A stretch of DNA of 64,000 bases from Alphaproteobacteria bacterium. Lineage in GTDB: Bacteria > Pseudomonadota > Alphaproteobacteria > MPNO01 > UBA830. The translations under genes and the position numbers were made by a program. This document shows, in pieces, positions 29,577 through 39,539 of the stretch (its first letter is position 1; every line of letters starts with the position of its first letter). The notes beneath the pieces were generated by a model, which saw only the letters and a program-made list of their open reading frames with translations, ran no database searches and was not told the origin of the DNA. The stretch is from contig OZ251539.1 in the NCBI GenBank assembly GCA_965243135.1, positions 736,001 to 800,000 of the forward strand, read 5' to 3'.

Positions 29577-29809
29577 GCTTGACCGTCATGCATTGCTGCG
29601 CGAATCCGAACGAGGCTCCTGGCGTTCGGCATGAAGCGCCGCTGAAAACGGTGACTTGGGAGGCTCCCGTGAAACGCCCTCGGCTGGACGGCGCGAGCTT
29701 CGCTGTCGGCGGCAACGACCGCAAGGGCGCGTTGCGCAGCTGGGGCGGCGTTGACTTGCGCGCGTTCCCGTTCGAGACTAAACGACCTTCTTCGAAACGA
29801 AAGCGCGGA

Positions 29810-30046
29810 ATGAAGCAAGAGGATCGCATTCGCGAACCCGAAAACCGGGTTTGGCAGACCCGCGAGCATGCGCAGACGGAGTTCGAGCGGTGTCTGGCGG
29901 ATGCCCTTGAGCGAGCCTTCGCGGACGGCGTCGTCGATCTGGCGCCGCTGGTCGACCGGCTCAATGCGGACGGCCTGCGCGACGAGGAAAATCGCGCATG
30001 GACCGAGGAGAGCTTCCGCGCCGCGATGGCGCGTCTCGGCGCGTGA
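29810..30046 (+). CDS. Small recombinase-like HTH domain protein of Rieske operons
   Basis: WQTR...FERCLADALERAFADGVVDLAPLVDRLN..G..WTEESFRAAMARLG; stop overlaps the next ATG. Confidence 0.7.
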   Translation: MKQEDRIREPENRVWQTREHAQTEFERCLADALERAFADGVVDLAPLVDRLNADGLRDEENRAWTEESFRAAMARLGA

Positions 30047-30825
30047 TGCCCGATGTCCGGCTCGAATTCCGCGACGTCGCGAAGCGCTTCGCGGGGCGCC
30101 GGAGCGAAGTGCTGGCGGTCGAAGACGTGTCGTTCGCCGTGAACGACGGCGAAGTCGTGTCGTTGATCGGCCCTTCGGGCTGCGGCAAGTCGACCTTGCT
30201 CAATATCGCGTCGGGACTCGACCGGGCGAGCCGCGGCATGGCTCTCGTCGACGGCGAGGAGGTGACGGAAGTCAACGAGCACGTGGCGTTCATGCTGCAG
30301 AAGGATCTTCTGTTGCCGTGGCGGTCGATTCGCGAAAACGTCGAATTCGGCCTCGAAATCCAGGGAGTGCGCGGCAGCGAGCGCAAGCGCCGCTCGTCGG
30401 ACTGGCTCGAACGCTGCCATTTGGCCGACTTCGCCGACCACTACCCGCACCAGCTATCGGGCGGCATGCGGCAGCGCGCGGCGCTCGCCCGCACGCTTGT
30501 CACCGATCCCCACGTTCTGCTTCTGGACGAACCCTTTTCCGCCCTCGACGCCCAGACCAAGATGATATTGCAGCAGGATCTCGCTACAATGCTCGAACAG
30601 TCGGACAAGACCGCCTTGTTCATCACCCACGATCTGGTCGAGGCGGTGGCGCTGTCCGACCGCGTTTTGGTGATGAGTCCCCGCCCCGGACGGATTATCG
30701 AGGAGATCGTCGTGGACATTCCCGAACGCGCCAATCCTCTGGAACGCCGAAAGAACGAGGCGGTCGGAGCCTGCGTCGCGCGGCTGATGTCTCTGCTTCA
30801 TGTCGGCGAACTCGAGCCCGTCTGA
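30046..30825 (+). CDS. NitT/TauT-family ABC transporter ATP-binding protein
   Basis: GPSGCGKST, LSGGMRQR, LLLDEPFSALD, FITHD. Confidence 0.93.
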   Translation: MPDVRLEFRDVAKRFAGRRSEVLAVEDVSFAVNDGEVVSLIGPSGCGKSTLLNIASGLDRASRGMALVDGEEVTEVNEHVAFMLQKDLLLPWRSIRENVEFGLEIQGVRGSERKRRSSDWLERCHLADFADHYPHQLSGGMRQRAALARTLVTDPHVLLLDEPFSALDAQTKMILQQDLATMLEQSDKTALFITHDLVEAVALSDRVLVMSPRPGRIIEEIVVDIPERANPLERRKNEAVGACVARLMSLLHVGELEPV

Positions 30826-30850
30826 ATTCAAACCCACAAGGAGAATGCCC

Positions 30851-31825
30851 ATGCATCGTACAGGAAAAATCGTCGCCTCGGCCGTCGTCGCGGCGGCCTG
30901 CATCGCCGGCGGCGCCGCGCAAGCGCAGAAGAAGGTCACCTATCTGCTGCCCGCGCCCGAATTCCTTCCCGCGTTCGCGCCCTGGCAGCTCGCCAAGCAC
31001 AAGGGGTACTACGCCGCCGAAGGCCTCGAGGTCTCGTTTCAGCGGTCCAAGGGCGGCGTCGACGTCGCGAAGCAGGTCGGCGTCGGCAACGCGCCGATCG
31101 GCGGCGGGATCGGGGACACCTCCATTCTCGTCCGGCCCAGCGGGATTCCGGTCCGCTCGGTGGCGCTGCTGGGCGGCGGCTCGCTCGTGCAGCTCGTCGC
31201 GCGCGCCGATCGCGGCATCGAGAAAGTCGAAGACCTCAAGGGCAAGACGATCTCCGTGCTGTCCTATCAGGACACGACGTTCTACGCCTCGCAGGGCATC
31301 ATGGCGTCCCGCGGGTTGACGCGGAACGACGCCGACATCCAGGCCGCGGGTCCGCAGGGCGTATGGAAGCTTTTCGTCGAGGGCAAGGTCGACGCGATGA
31401 TCGGCGTTCCCGACTGGATCGGCATCGCCCGCGGGCAGAACGTGAAGATGAAAATCTTCAACGCCCAAGACTACTTTCCCTCGATGGCGCAGGCGATCCT
31501 GGCGTCCGACGAAATGATCGAAAAGGATCCGAAGCTGATCCGCAGCCTCGTGCAGGCGACGCTGAAGGGACTGGCCGACTTGATGAGAGACCCCGTCGCG
31601 GCCGCCGACGACTACGTCAAGGCCGTGCCGCGCTGGAGCAAGGCGGCGGCGGCGATGGCCGGCACGTTCAAGCTCTACAACGCCTATACCTGGCCCGGCC
31701 AGAAGGTTCTCGGCGCGATGGACGAGAAGAGATTGGCGACGCTCCAGGACTTCTATCTCAAGGCCGGTTTCATCAAGAAGAAGACTCCGGTCGCGGACCT
31801 CTATACGAACCGGTTCGTTCAGTAG
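30851..31825 (+). CDS. NMT1/THI5-like ABC substrate-binding protein
   Basis: Signal peptide, KGYYAAEGLEV, DLKGKTI, terminal YTNRFV. Confidence 0.9.
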   Translation: MHRTGKIVASAVVAAACIAGGAAQAQKKVTYLLPAPEFLPAFAPWQLAKHKGYYAAEGLEVSFQRSKGGVDVAKQVGVGNAPIGGGIGDTSILVRPSGIPVRSVALLGGGSLVQLVARADRGIEKVEDLKGKTISVLSYQDTTFYASQGIMASRGLTRNDADIQAAGPQGVWKLFVEGKVDAMIGVPDWIGIARGQNVKMKIFNAQDYFPSMAQAILASDEMIEKDPKLIRSLVQATLKGLADLMRDPVAAADDYVKAVPRWSKAAAAMAGTFKLYNAYTWPGQKVLGAMDEKRLATLQDFYLKAGFIKKKTPVADLYTNRFVQ

Positions 31826-31894
31826 CGATGCCGCGGTCGGCGCCGCGGGAGAGGACGAGGTGCGGGTCCGGCGTCAATCGGGACGCGCGGAACG

Positions 31895-32665
31895 GTGACG
31901 CCGGCTCGCGTCGCCGCCAGCCTGGGCTTGCTGATCGTCTTCCTGGCGGCGTGGGAATGGGGGCCGGGAGCGCTCGGCGTCAAGGCCTATATCGTTCCGC
32001 CGATATCTTCCGTCGCGGCCGGGCTGATCGAGATGCAGGCGACCGACCGGCTCCTCTTCCATACGCAGGTCACGGCGCTGGAAGTGGTCGCCGGCTTCGT
32101 TCTCGGAACGCTGCTCGGCATGGCGGTCGGGTACGTTCTGGGCATCTCGCTGACCGCGGAAGTCGTGCTGTCTCCTTACATCCTCGCGCTCCAGATCGCG
32201 CCGAAGGTGGCGTTCGCGCCGCTGTTCGTCCTGTGGCTCGGCTTCGGCGTCGAACCCCGCATTCTCGTCGCCGTTCTGATCGTGTTCTTTCCGATCATGA
32301 TCAACGTGATGACGGCCGTGCGCAACGTGGATCCCGATCTGGTCAACCTCGCGCGGTCGTTCAAGGCCGGCCGGATGGCGATCTTCTGGAAGATCGAGTT
32401 TCCGGCGTCCATGCCGCCGCTGTTCGCGGGTCTCCGGATCGGCGCGACCCTCGCGGTCATCGGCGTGACCGTCGGAGAGTTCGCGGGCGGCAACACCGGC
32501 GTCGGCTACCTTATCGTGCTCACTGCGGGCGCCGCGGAAACCGCCAAGGTGTTCGGCGCGATCATCGTGCTCACCGTGATCGGAATCGTCGCCTATTGGG
32601 CGGTCATCCTGGTTGAACGGCGGGTGTTGCACTATATGCCCGGACGCGGGCTCGAAGGTTTCTGA
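31895..32665 (+). CDS. NitT/TauT-family ABC permease
   Basis: PKVAFAPLFVLWLGFG, FFPI, LFAGLRIG, GEF..GVGYLI. Confidence 0.92.
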   Translation: MTPARVAASLGLLIVFLAAWEWGPGALGVKAYIVPPISSVAAGLIEMQATDRLLFHTQVTALEVVAGFVLGTLLGMAVGYVLGISLTAEVVLSPYILALQIAPKVAFAPLFVLWLGFGVEPRILVAVLIVFFPIMINVMTAVRNVDPDLVNLARSFKAGRMAIFWKIEFPASMPPLFAGLRIGATLAVIGVTVGEFAGGNTGVGYLIVLTAGAAETAKVFGAIIVLTVIGIVAYWAVILVERRVLHYMPGRGLEGF

Positions 32666-32676
32666 CGGAGGCGATC

Positions 32677-33723
32677 ATGGCCGCCATTTCCCAAGAACGA
32701 ATCAGGGAGCGCGTCGCGCTCGGTCCGTTGAATCGCTGGTGGCCGGTGGCCGCGAGCTGGATGGTCGCCGAAACGCCGGTCGGCCTGACGCGTCTGGGCG
32801 AAAGGATCGTTTTGTGGAGGGATCGGGACGGCGCCGTCCACTGCGTCGAGGACCGCTGTCCGCACCGGGGGGCGCGCCTCTCCATGGGCTGGAATCTGGG
32901 CGATCGCATCGCCTGCTGGTACCATGGCGTCGAGGTCGGCGGGGACGGGACGGTGCGCGACGTTCCGGCCGTGGCCGAATGCCCGATGGTCGGACGCAAG
33001 ATGATCCGCTCCTACCCGTGCTTCGAACGTCTGGGCGGAATCTTCGTGTGGTTCGGCGACGCCCTGCACGAGGATCCCGCCGAATTCCGCATGCCGGAGG
33101 AATTCGTCTCGCCGGAGTGGGCGACGATGCTGTGCACCGCGCACTGGAAGTGCAACTGGGTCTATGCCGTCGACAACGTGATGGATCCCATGCACGGCGC
33201 CTATCTGCACGCGGTTTCGCATTCGATGGCCGAGGGCGACCGGGAGGCCAGCATGCGGGTCGACAAGACCGAGACCGGCTTCGTGTTCGGAAAGACCGGC
33301 CAGCGGGACGTCAATTTCGACTGGATCGAATGGGGCGACACCGGCGCGTTCTGGCTTCGGGTTTCGCCGCTGCCCTACCGCAAGGAAGCGGGACCCGGCG
33401 GGCATTTCGCGATCATGGGTTTCGTCACGCCCATCGACGAAGGCAACTGCCGCGTTTTCTTCTGGCGCACCCGCAAGGTCCAGGGCTGGCAGCGCGACGT
33501 CTGGCGTTTCATGTACCGGCACAAGCTGGAGGCCCTGCATTGGGACGTGCTCGAGCAGGACCGCGTCATTCTGGAGGGAATGGCGCCCGACGCGCGCGAG
33601 CGGGAATTTCTGTACCAGCACGATACCGGCCTCGCTCGCGCGCGGCGCGTTCTCGAGGCCGAAGCCGAAGCGCAGCTTGCGTCGCTGGCCGCCGCCGGGC
33701 GCTCCGTCGCAGCCGCGGAATAG
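32677..33723 (+). CDS. Rieske non-heme iron oxygenase (VanA-like)
   Basis: CPHRGA..CWYHG, DNVMDPMHGAYLH, EQD. Confidence 0.92.
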   Translation: MAAISQERIRERVALGPLNRWWPVAASWMVAETPVGLTRLGERIVLWRDRDGAVHCVEDRCPHRGARLSMGWNLGDRIACWYHGVEVGGDGTVRDVPAVAECPMVGRKMIRSYPCFERLGGIFVWFGDALHEDPAEFRMPEEFVSPEWATMLCTAHWKCNWVYAVDNVMDPMHGAYLHAVSHSMAEGDREASMRVDKTETGFVFGKTGQRDVNFDWIEWGDTGAFWLRVSPLPYRKEAGPGGHFAIMGFVTPIDEGNCRVFFWRTRKVQGWQRDVWRFMYRHKLEALHWDVLEQDRVILEGMAPDAREREFLYQHDTGLARARRVLEAEAEAQLASLAAAGRSVAAAE

Positions 33724-33725
33724 TC

Positions 33726-34487
33726 GTGAGCGCGGTTTCTCTCGCCGGCAAGCGGGTGGCGATCACCGGCGGCGCGAGAGGGCTCGGCAAGGCGTTCGCC
33801 GAATCGGCGGCCGCGGCCGGCGCGACCGTGCTGATCGCCGACCTCCTCGAAGACCGGGGCCGCGAAACGGCGAAGGCGCTCAACGACCGGGCCGGAACGG
33901 CGTTCTTCGTCCCCGTCGACCTGGCTCTTCCCGACTCGGTCGATGCGTTCGCGGCGAGCGCGAGCGAGGTTCTCGGCGGCGTCGACGGACTGGTCAACTG
34001 CGCCGCGATCGCGACCGGAATCGGCGGCCGGACGTGCGAAGAGATCGACGTCGAGACCTGGGACCGGGTGATGACCGTCAACGTCAGGGGCACGTGGCTC
34101 GTCACGAAGGCGTTGCTGCCGGCGCTGCGGGCCTCCGGCAACGGCAAGATCGTCAACGTCGCTTCCGACACCGCGCTCTGGGGCGCGCCGCGGCTTCTGC
34201 ACTACGTCGCGTCCAAGGGTGCCGTCGTCGCCATGACGCGCTCGCTCGCCCGCGAACTCGGAAACGACGGCATCGCCGTCAACGCGATCGCCCCCGGGCT
34301 GACGCGCGTCGAGGCGACGGAATGCGTTCCCGCGGAACGGCATCGGCTCTACGTCGACGGCCGGGCGATGAATCGCGCGCAGCAACCCGAGGACGTGGTG
34401 GGCGCCGTGACGTTCCTGCTGTCGGACGCCGCGGATTTCGTGACCGGCCAGACGCTGCCGGTGAACGGAGGGTTCGTTTTCAACTGA
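33726..34487 (+). CDS. Short-chain dehydrogenase/reductase
   Basis: TGGARGLG, YVASKG, NAIAPG. Confidence 0.92.
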   Translation: MSAVSLAGKRVAITGGARGLGKAFAESAAAAGATVLIADLLEDRGRETAKALNDRAGTAFFVPVDLALPDSVDAFAASASEVLGGVDGLVNCAAIATGIGGRTCEEIDVETWDRVMTVNVRGTWLVTKALLPALRASGNGKIVNVASDTALWGAPRLLHYVASKGAVVAMTRSLARELGNDGIAVNAIAPGLTRVEATECVPAERHRLYVDGRAMNRAQQPEDVVGAVTFLLSDAADFVTGQTLPVNGGFVFN

Positions 34488-34512
34488 AGGGGCGCGGCCC
34501 CGGGGAGACAGG

Positions 34513-35052
34513 ATGGCGGAGACCGCACGGAAGGAGTTTCCGGGCTGGAGCCCGGCAGGGGACCAGGAGCTCGGCGACTGGATGGAGTCGCGGGTGGCGC
34601 GCTTCGAGACGCGCCGCTACGACTGGGACGTGCTGAAGTTCCAGGCCGATCTCGACCCGAAATACCGGCGCGCGCAGATGCGCTACATGGGCACCGGCGG
34701 CACGGGCAAGGAATCGGACATGAACACGGTGCCGTCGGAGCACTTCACCTTTTCGACCATGGTGCTGCCGCCGGGCTGCGAAGGCCCGCCTCACGTGCAT
34801 ACGGACGTCGAAGAGGTTTTCTTCATGCTTCGCGGCAGCATTCGCCTCACGATTCGGGACGGCGGCGACGAATGGGAAACGACGCTCGGCGAGCGCGATC
34901 TGGTGTCCGTGCCGCCGGGGGTATACCGCGGCCTGGTGAACGAGGGTCAGGAAGAGGCTCTGATGTGCGTGATGCTGGGCAGCGCCCGTCCCGTGACGCC
35001 GACCTATCCTCCGGATCACCCGCTGGCCAGCGCGCGGCGTCCGAAGTCGTGA
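34513..35052 (+). CDS. Cupin domain protein
   Basis: GPPHVHTDVEEVFF..VPPGVYRG. Confidence 0.88.
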   Translation: MAETARKEFPGWSPAGDQELGDWMESRVARFETRRYDWDVLKFQADLDPKYRRAQMRYMGTGGTGKESDMNTVPSEHFTFSTMVLPPGCEGPPHVHTDVEEVFFMLRGSIRLTIRDGGDEWETTLGERDLVSVPPGVYRGLVNEGQEEALMCVMLGSARPVTPTYPPDHPLASARRPKS

Positions 35053-35077
35053 CGCGGCCCGCGCGGCGCTCTCCGCC

Positions 35078-35869
35078 GTGAACCGCCCGAACGAGTTCGC
35101 CGCGGACGGCTTCGCCTGGATCGAGGCGGGCGAGGGCGAGCCGATGGTCCTTCTTCACGGCATCGGATCGGGCGCCGCTTCGTGGGAGGATCAGATAGCG
35201 GGCTTCGCGGACCGGCGCCGGGTCGTCGCATGGGACGCGCCCGGATACGGCGAATCGGCGCCGCTCGGTCCGCCTGCGCCGACGGCGTCGGACTACGCGG
35301 AAGCCTTGGTCCGTTTTCTCCGGGCGGCCGGCGTGGACGAGTTTCACCTGGTCGGGCATTCTCTGGGCGCGCTGATGGCCTGCGCCTTCGCCCGCCTTTG
35401 GCCCGACCGGATCCTGAGTTTGCTGATCGCTTCTCCGGCAGCCGGGTACGGAACGTCCGACGCCGAACTGCGGGAAGCGAAACGGGCCGCCCGCCTCGAT
35501 CTTCTCGACGAGCTCGGGCCGGAAGGGGTGGCGCGCGAACGGCACGGCGCGCTGCTGTCCGACGGCGCGCCTCCGCGGGCGCGAGAGCGCGTTCGATCGG
35601 TTATGGCCCGGATTCGTCCCGGCGGGTACCGGCAAGCGGTGGAGATGTTGGCGGCGGGCGACATACACGCCGACGCGCGCCGGATCGGGTTGCCGGCGAC
35701 GGTCGTCGTCGGCGGCGCCGACCGGGTGACGCCGCCGGACGGCTGCCGGGACGTGGCGAGGAGTTTCGCGCGGTCGCGCTTCGAGATACTTCCGGGCCTG
35801 GGGCACGCTTGCTACGTCGAAGGACCGGACGCTTTCAACGGCGCGCTCGCGGCCCATCTCGAACGGTGA
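35078..35869 (+). CDS. Alpha/beta hydrolase
   Basis: LLHGIG, DAPGYGES, GHSLG nucleophile, GH near the C-terminus. Confidence 0.9.
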   Translation: MNRPNEFAADGFAWIEAGEGEPMVLLHGIGSGAASWEDQIAGFADRRRVVAWDAPGYGESAPLGPPAPTASDYAEALVRFLRAAGVDEFHLVGHSLGALMACAFARLWPDRILSLLIASPAAGYGTSDAELREAKRAARLDLLDELGPEGVARERHGALLSDGAPPRARERVRSVMARIRPGGYRQAVEMLAAGDIHADARRIGLPATVVVGGADRVTPPDGCRDVARSFARSRFEILPGLGHACYVEGPDAFNGALAAHLER

Positions 35870-35999
35870 CCGCGCGGCTCGCCGTCGTCCGGCCGCCGAT
35901 TCGGTCGGCGCCGCGGCGCGGAGCGTTTTCGAACGGTCCGGAACGGAACGGCGGGCCGAAGGCGGCGGCCGGGCTTTGGAAGGCGGAGTAGGACGCGCG

Positions 36000-36797
36000 A
36001 TGGATACGGGAATGAAAGACCGGACGGTCGTCGTCACCGGAGGGTCCTCGGGGATCGGGCTGGCGGCGGCCGAAGCCTTTCTGCGGGAGGGAACGCGGGT
36101 CGCGATCTGCGGCCGCGATCGCCATAGGCTCGACGCCGCCGCCGCGAGGCTGGCCGGGGTCGGAGGAGCCGACCGGGTGCTGCCGGTCGCTTGCGACGTG
36201 CTGGACGAGAACGCCGTGACGGGATTTCGCGATCTCGTCGAGGAACGGTTCGGCGGTTGCGACGCGCTGGTCTGCAACGCCGGCCAGGCCCGGCGAAGCG
36301 CGTTCGCCGATACCTCGGACGGCGACTGGCGCGACGAGTTCGACCTCAAGTTCTTTTCGGTCCTGCGTCCCGTCCGCGCGTTCCTGCCCATGCTCGAAGC
36401 CTCCGGCCAGGGGGCGGTCGTTTGCACGGGCGCCCTGATCGCGAAACGGCCCGAGCCGTCCCTTATCGCCACGAGCGCGACCCGCGCGGGGCAACTCAAC
36501 CTTTGCAAGTCGCTCGCGGCCGAATTCGCGGCGAAAGGCGTGCGGGTTAACTCGGTCCTGATCGGCCTCGTCGATTCCGGCCAGTGGAGCCGCCGCTACG
36601 ACGACGGCGAGGCGCCGCCCGGCATGTCGAAGGACGAATGGTTCGCGAAACTCGCGTCCGATCGCGCCATCCCGCTTCGCAGGATCGGCCTGCCGGAAGA
36701 AGCGGCGAACGCGATACTCTTTCTCGCTTCTCCCATGTCTTCCTACGTCACCGGCGATACCGTGGAGGTGGCCGGAGGCCAGTCGCGGCATGTCTGA
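36000..36797 (+). CDS. Short-chain dehydrogenase/reductase (atypical, lacks YxxxK)
   Basis: TGGSSGIG, CNAG, 'SATRAG' in place of YxxxK. Confidence 0.88.
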   Translation: MDTGMKDRTVVVTGGSSGIGLAAAEAFLREGTRVAICGRDRHRLDAAAARLAGVGGADRVLPVACDVLDENAVTGFRDLVEERFGGCDALVCNAGQARRSAFADTSDGDWRDEFDLKFFSVLRPVRAFLPMLEASGQGAVVCTGALIAKRPEPSLIATSATRAGQLNLCKSLAAEFAAKGVRVNSVLIGLVDSGQWSRRYDDGEAPPGMSKDEWFAKLASDRAIPLRRIGLPEEAANAILFLASPMSSYVTGDTVEVAGGQSRHV

Positions 36798-36863
36798 CGG
36801 GGTCGAGCGCGCAGCGGTTCGCGTCGTTCCGCCGGTTCGCCGGAGCGCGCGGGAGGCCGGTCC

Positions 36864-37667
36864 GTGAAGGCGATGCTCATCGGGTACGGGGCGATCGCCC
36901 GGGAGGTGCTGGCGCGCGTCGGCCCGGACGAAGACGCGAAAATCGTCGCCGTTCTCGTGCGGGAAAATCGCGTCGAGGAGGTCGCGACGGCGGTGGCCGG
37001 GCGCGGCATCGAGGTGGTTTCCTCCTTCGACCGTCTTACCGTTTCTCCTGCGCTGTGCGCCGAGTGCGCCGGTCACGGCGCCGTACGCGCATGGGGGCCG
37101 ACGGCGTTGAGGCGCGGCATCGACTTTTTGGTGATCTCGATCGGCGCGCTGGCGGACCCAGCGCTCCGCGCCGAATTGCGGCAAGCGGCCGTGGACGGCG
37201 GAGCCAAACTGGTGCTTGCGGCAGGCGCGGTCGCGGGCGCCGACGCGCTGGCGTCGGCGCGAGTCGGAGGACTCGATCGCGTGACGTATACCTCGCGCAA
37301 GCCGCCCGTCGCGTGGAAGGGAACGCCGGCGGAAGACCTTTGCGACCTGGACGCGCTTCCCGGCGAAACGGCGTTTTTCGACGGCGCCGCGGGCGAGGCG
37401 GCGCTGCGGTATCCCCAGAACGCCAACGTCGCGGCGACGGTCGCGCTCGCGGGCGCCGGATTCGAGGCGACGAAAGTGCGGCTGGTGGCCGATCCGGACG
37501 CGGACGCCAACCTTCATCATGTCGCGGCGGAGGGCGCGTTCGGCCGCTTCGAAATCGAAATCCGCGGGAAGCCGCTGCCCGGCAACCCCAAGACGTCGAC
37601 GCTCGCCGCCCATTCCGTCGTCGCGGAAATCCGCCGCCGCGCCGGTCCCGTGGAAATTGGCGGGTAG
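36864..37667 (+). CDS. nadX: L-aspartate dehydrogenase family protein
   Basis: IGYGAIA, ECAGH, SIGALAD, YPQNANVAA, NPKTSTLAA. Confidence 0.85.
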   Translation: MKAMLIGYGAIAREVLARVGPDEDAKIVAVLVRENRVEEVATAVAGRGIEVVSSFDRLTVSPALCAECAGHGAVRAWGPTALRRGIDFLVISIGALADPALRAELRQAAVDGGAKLVLAAGAVAGADALASARVGGLDRVTYTSRKPPVAWKGTPAEDLCDLDALPGETAFFDGAAGEAALRYPQNANVAATVALAGAGFEATKVRLVADPDADANLHHVAAEGAFGRFEIEIRGKPLPGNPKTSTLAAHSVVAEIRRRAGPVEIGG

Positions 37668-37696
37668 CCGCGGGGGCTGGCCGAGCGTTCCTTGTC

Positions 37697-39010
37697 TCAA
37701 TGGGCCCGTTCGGCGGCGCGGCCGTCCTCGGCCGCAACCGCTTGCTCCGGCGCGCCGGGCGCAAGCGCGGCTTGGCGATCCCGCTCCAGCCTGTGGCGCA
37801 GCGCGATCCGGGCGAACATTCCCGACGTCCTCAGCATTCCGACGAAATCGCGCTGCCGCTCGTTGGGAACCGCAGGCCGTTTCTTCATTCGGTAGATCGC
37901 GAACGCCCCGAGGGACAGCATCGCCGCGGCCGGAAACCAGAAATATCCGCTGGGTCCGACGATCTGGATCGCGCCTCCGGCGACGACCGGGCCGGCGATT
38001 CCGCCCAGACCGTTGACCAGCAGCAGTCCGCTCGACGCGGCGACCATCTGCCTGGGATTCAGGTAATCGTTCGTGTGGGCGACGGCCAGGGAGTAGATCG
38101 GCATCGCAAAGCCGCCGACGATCGCGACCGCGACGATGCCCGCTATCGCCGTCGCGCCGGTGAACAGGGCCGCAAGGGCTGCCGAGACGCTGCCGAAAAG
38201 AGCGATTCCCGTGATTACGAGCCTGCGGTCGAAGCGGTCGCTGAGGCGGCCCGTCGGCCAGATGAGGATCGTGCCGCCGACGATCGAAGCCGCGGTGAAC
38301 AGGGAGATCTCCTCGATGCCCATCCCGGTCAGCTTGCCGTAATGCGACGCGAGCCATATCAGCGCTCCCGTCGAGGCGCCGTTTACCAGGCAGGCGGCGA
38401 CGCCGAGGGGAGAGATGCTCGCCAGTTCCCCGAGGCCGAACCGATCCTGTTCCTCGAACCTCGGGGCGGGATAGGTGGTGAGGGCGACAGGCACCAAGGC
38501 GATCGACACCAGAATCGAGGCGACGATGAACAGCTCGTATCCGCCCGTCGGCGCGACGTTGAGCAGCAGCGGTCCCGCGGCCATCGCGCCCGTCATTACG
38601 GTCATGTAGAGCGAAAGAAACTGGCCTCGCGTCGTATTGGACGCACGATCGTTGAGCCAGCTTTCCGCAGTGACGAACAGGCCGATGTAGCAGAACCCGG
38701 TAAGTATTCGCAGTACGCTCCAGACGGTGGGGTCGACGAACGCGGAATGCAGGAGCGCCGCCGTGGAGGCGGTCGAGGCCAGGGCCCCGAAAACCCGGAT
38801 GTGGCCGACGCTGCGGATCAGGCGCGGCGCGGTCAGCGAACCCAGGACGAAGCCGGCGTAGTAGCTCGACATCACGACGCCGGTCTGCACCGGCGAAAAT
38901 CCCTCCGCAGCCGCGCGCACGCCCAGCAGGGAGCCTTGAAGGCCGCTTCCCATCATCAGCAGCGAGACGCCGACGAGCAGCGCCCATACGGAAACGAGAG
39001 CGGCGATCAT
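37697..39010 (-). CDS. MFS transporter (YcaD-like)
   Basis: About 12 TM segments, VGHIRVFGALAS, ESWLN, GRLSDRFDRR. Confidence 0.9.
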   Translation of the reverse strand: MIAALVSVWALLVGVSLLMMGSGLQGSLLGVRAAAEGFSPVQTGVVMSSYYAGFVLGSLTAPRLIRSVGHIRVFGALASTASTAALLHSAFVDPTVWSVLRILTGFCYIGLFVTAESWLNDRASNTTRGQFLSLYMTVMTGAMAAGPLLLNVAPTGGYELFIVASILVSIALVPVALTTYPAPRFEEQDRFGLGELASISPLGVAACLVNGASTGALIWLASHYGKLTGMGIEEISLFTAASIVGGTILIWPTGRLSDRFDRRLVITGIALFGSVSAALAALFTGATAIAGIVAVAIVGGFAMPIYSLAVAHTNDYLNPRQMVAASSGLLLVNGLGGIAGPVVAGGAIQIVGPSGYFWFPAAAMLSLGAFAIYRMKKRPAVPNERQRDFVGMLRTSGMFARIALRHRLERDRQAALAPGAPEQAVAAEDGRAAERAH

Positions 39011-39539
39011 GGCCGTACTCCGGGTTCGAAGAGGAGCATCGCCGGACAATCGAGTTGCCGAAGATGATGGCGGCAGATGGGGGGGCGAGAAAGAATGGTC
39101 AATAGGTCGCGCGCGCTTTTTTTTCGCCCTCGGAATCGTCCGAATCCGAATGGATCTTCGTCCTCGCTTCGGCCGGTCGGGCGATGGGCTGGCGGAGGGC
39201 CGGGGGCGGCCTGGCGCGTTCGGCGCCGGGACGATCCGCGCTGCCGCGCGGGTCAGGTTTCGCGGACGCTTTTTGCAGCCGGCCGCAGGCCCGCGCCGCG
39301 GGATCGATGGTCGCGGCATTCCCGGGATTCGCGGCGGGCCGCCGCTCCGCTGCAGGCGCGCCGGCCGTCGCGCGTCCGCGCTCGTTCCCCGGACGGATCT
39401 TGCCGTTTGGGCGGCCTTGTGCGAATGAACGCCGCGCGCAGGGGCGAACGTCCGGCGAGGGAAGCCGCCTGCGCCCGAGAGGTCTGACCCGGGCGCGTTC
39501 GCCCGGCGAGGCGTTATGTTGACGTGGGGGACCGCGAGG

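Noticed and set aside
29810-30046. Recombinase-like HTH protein as the integrase for the cassette region
   Set aside because: It is only 78 aa with no catalytic domain and is translationally coupled to the catabolic operon.
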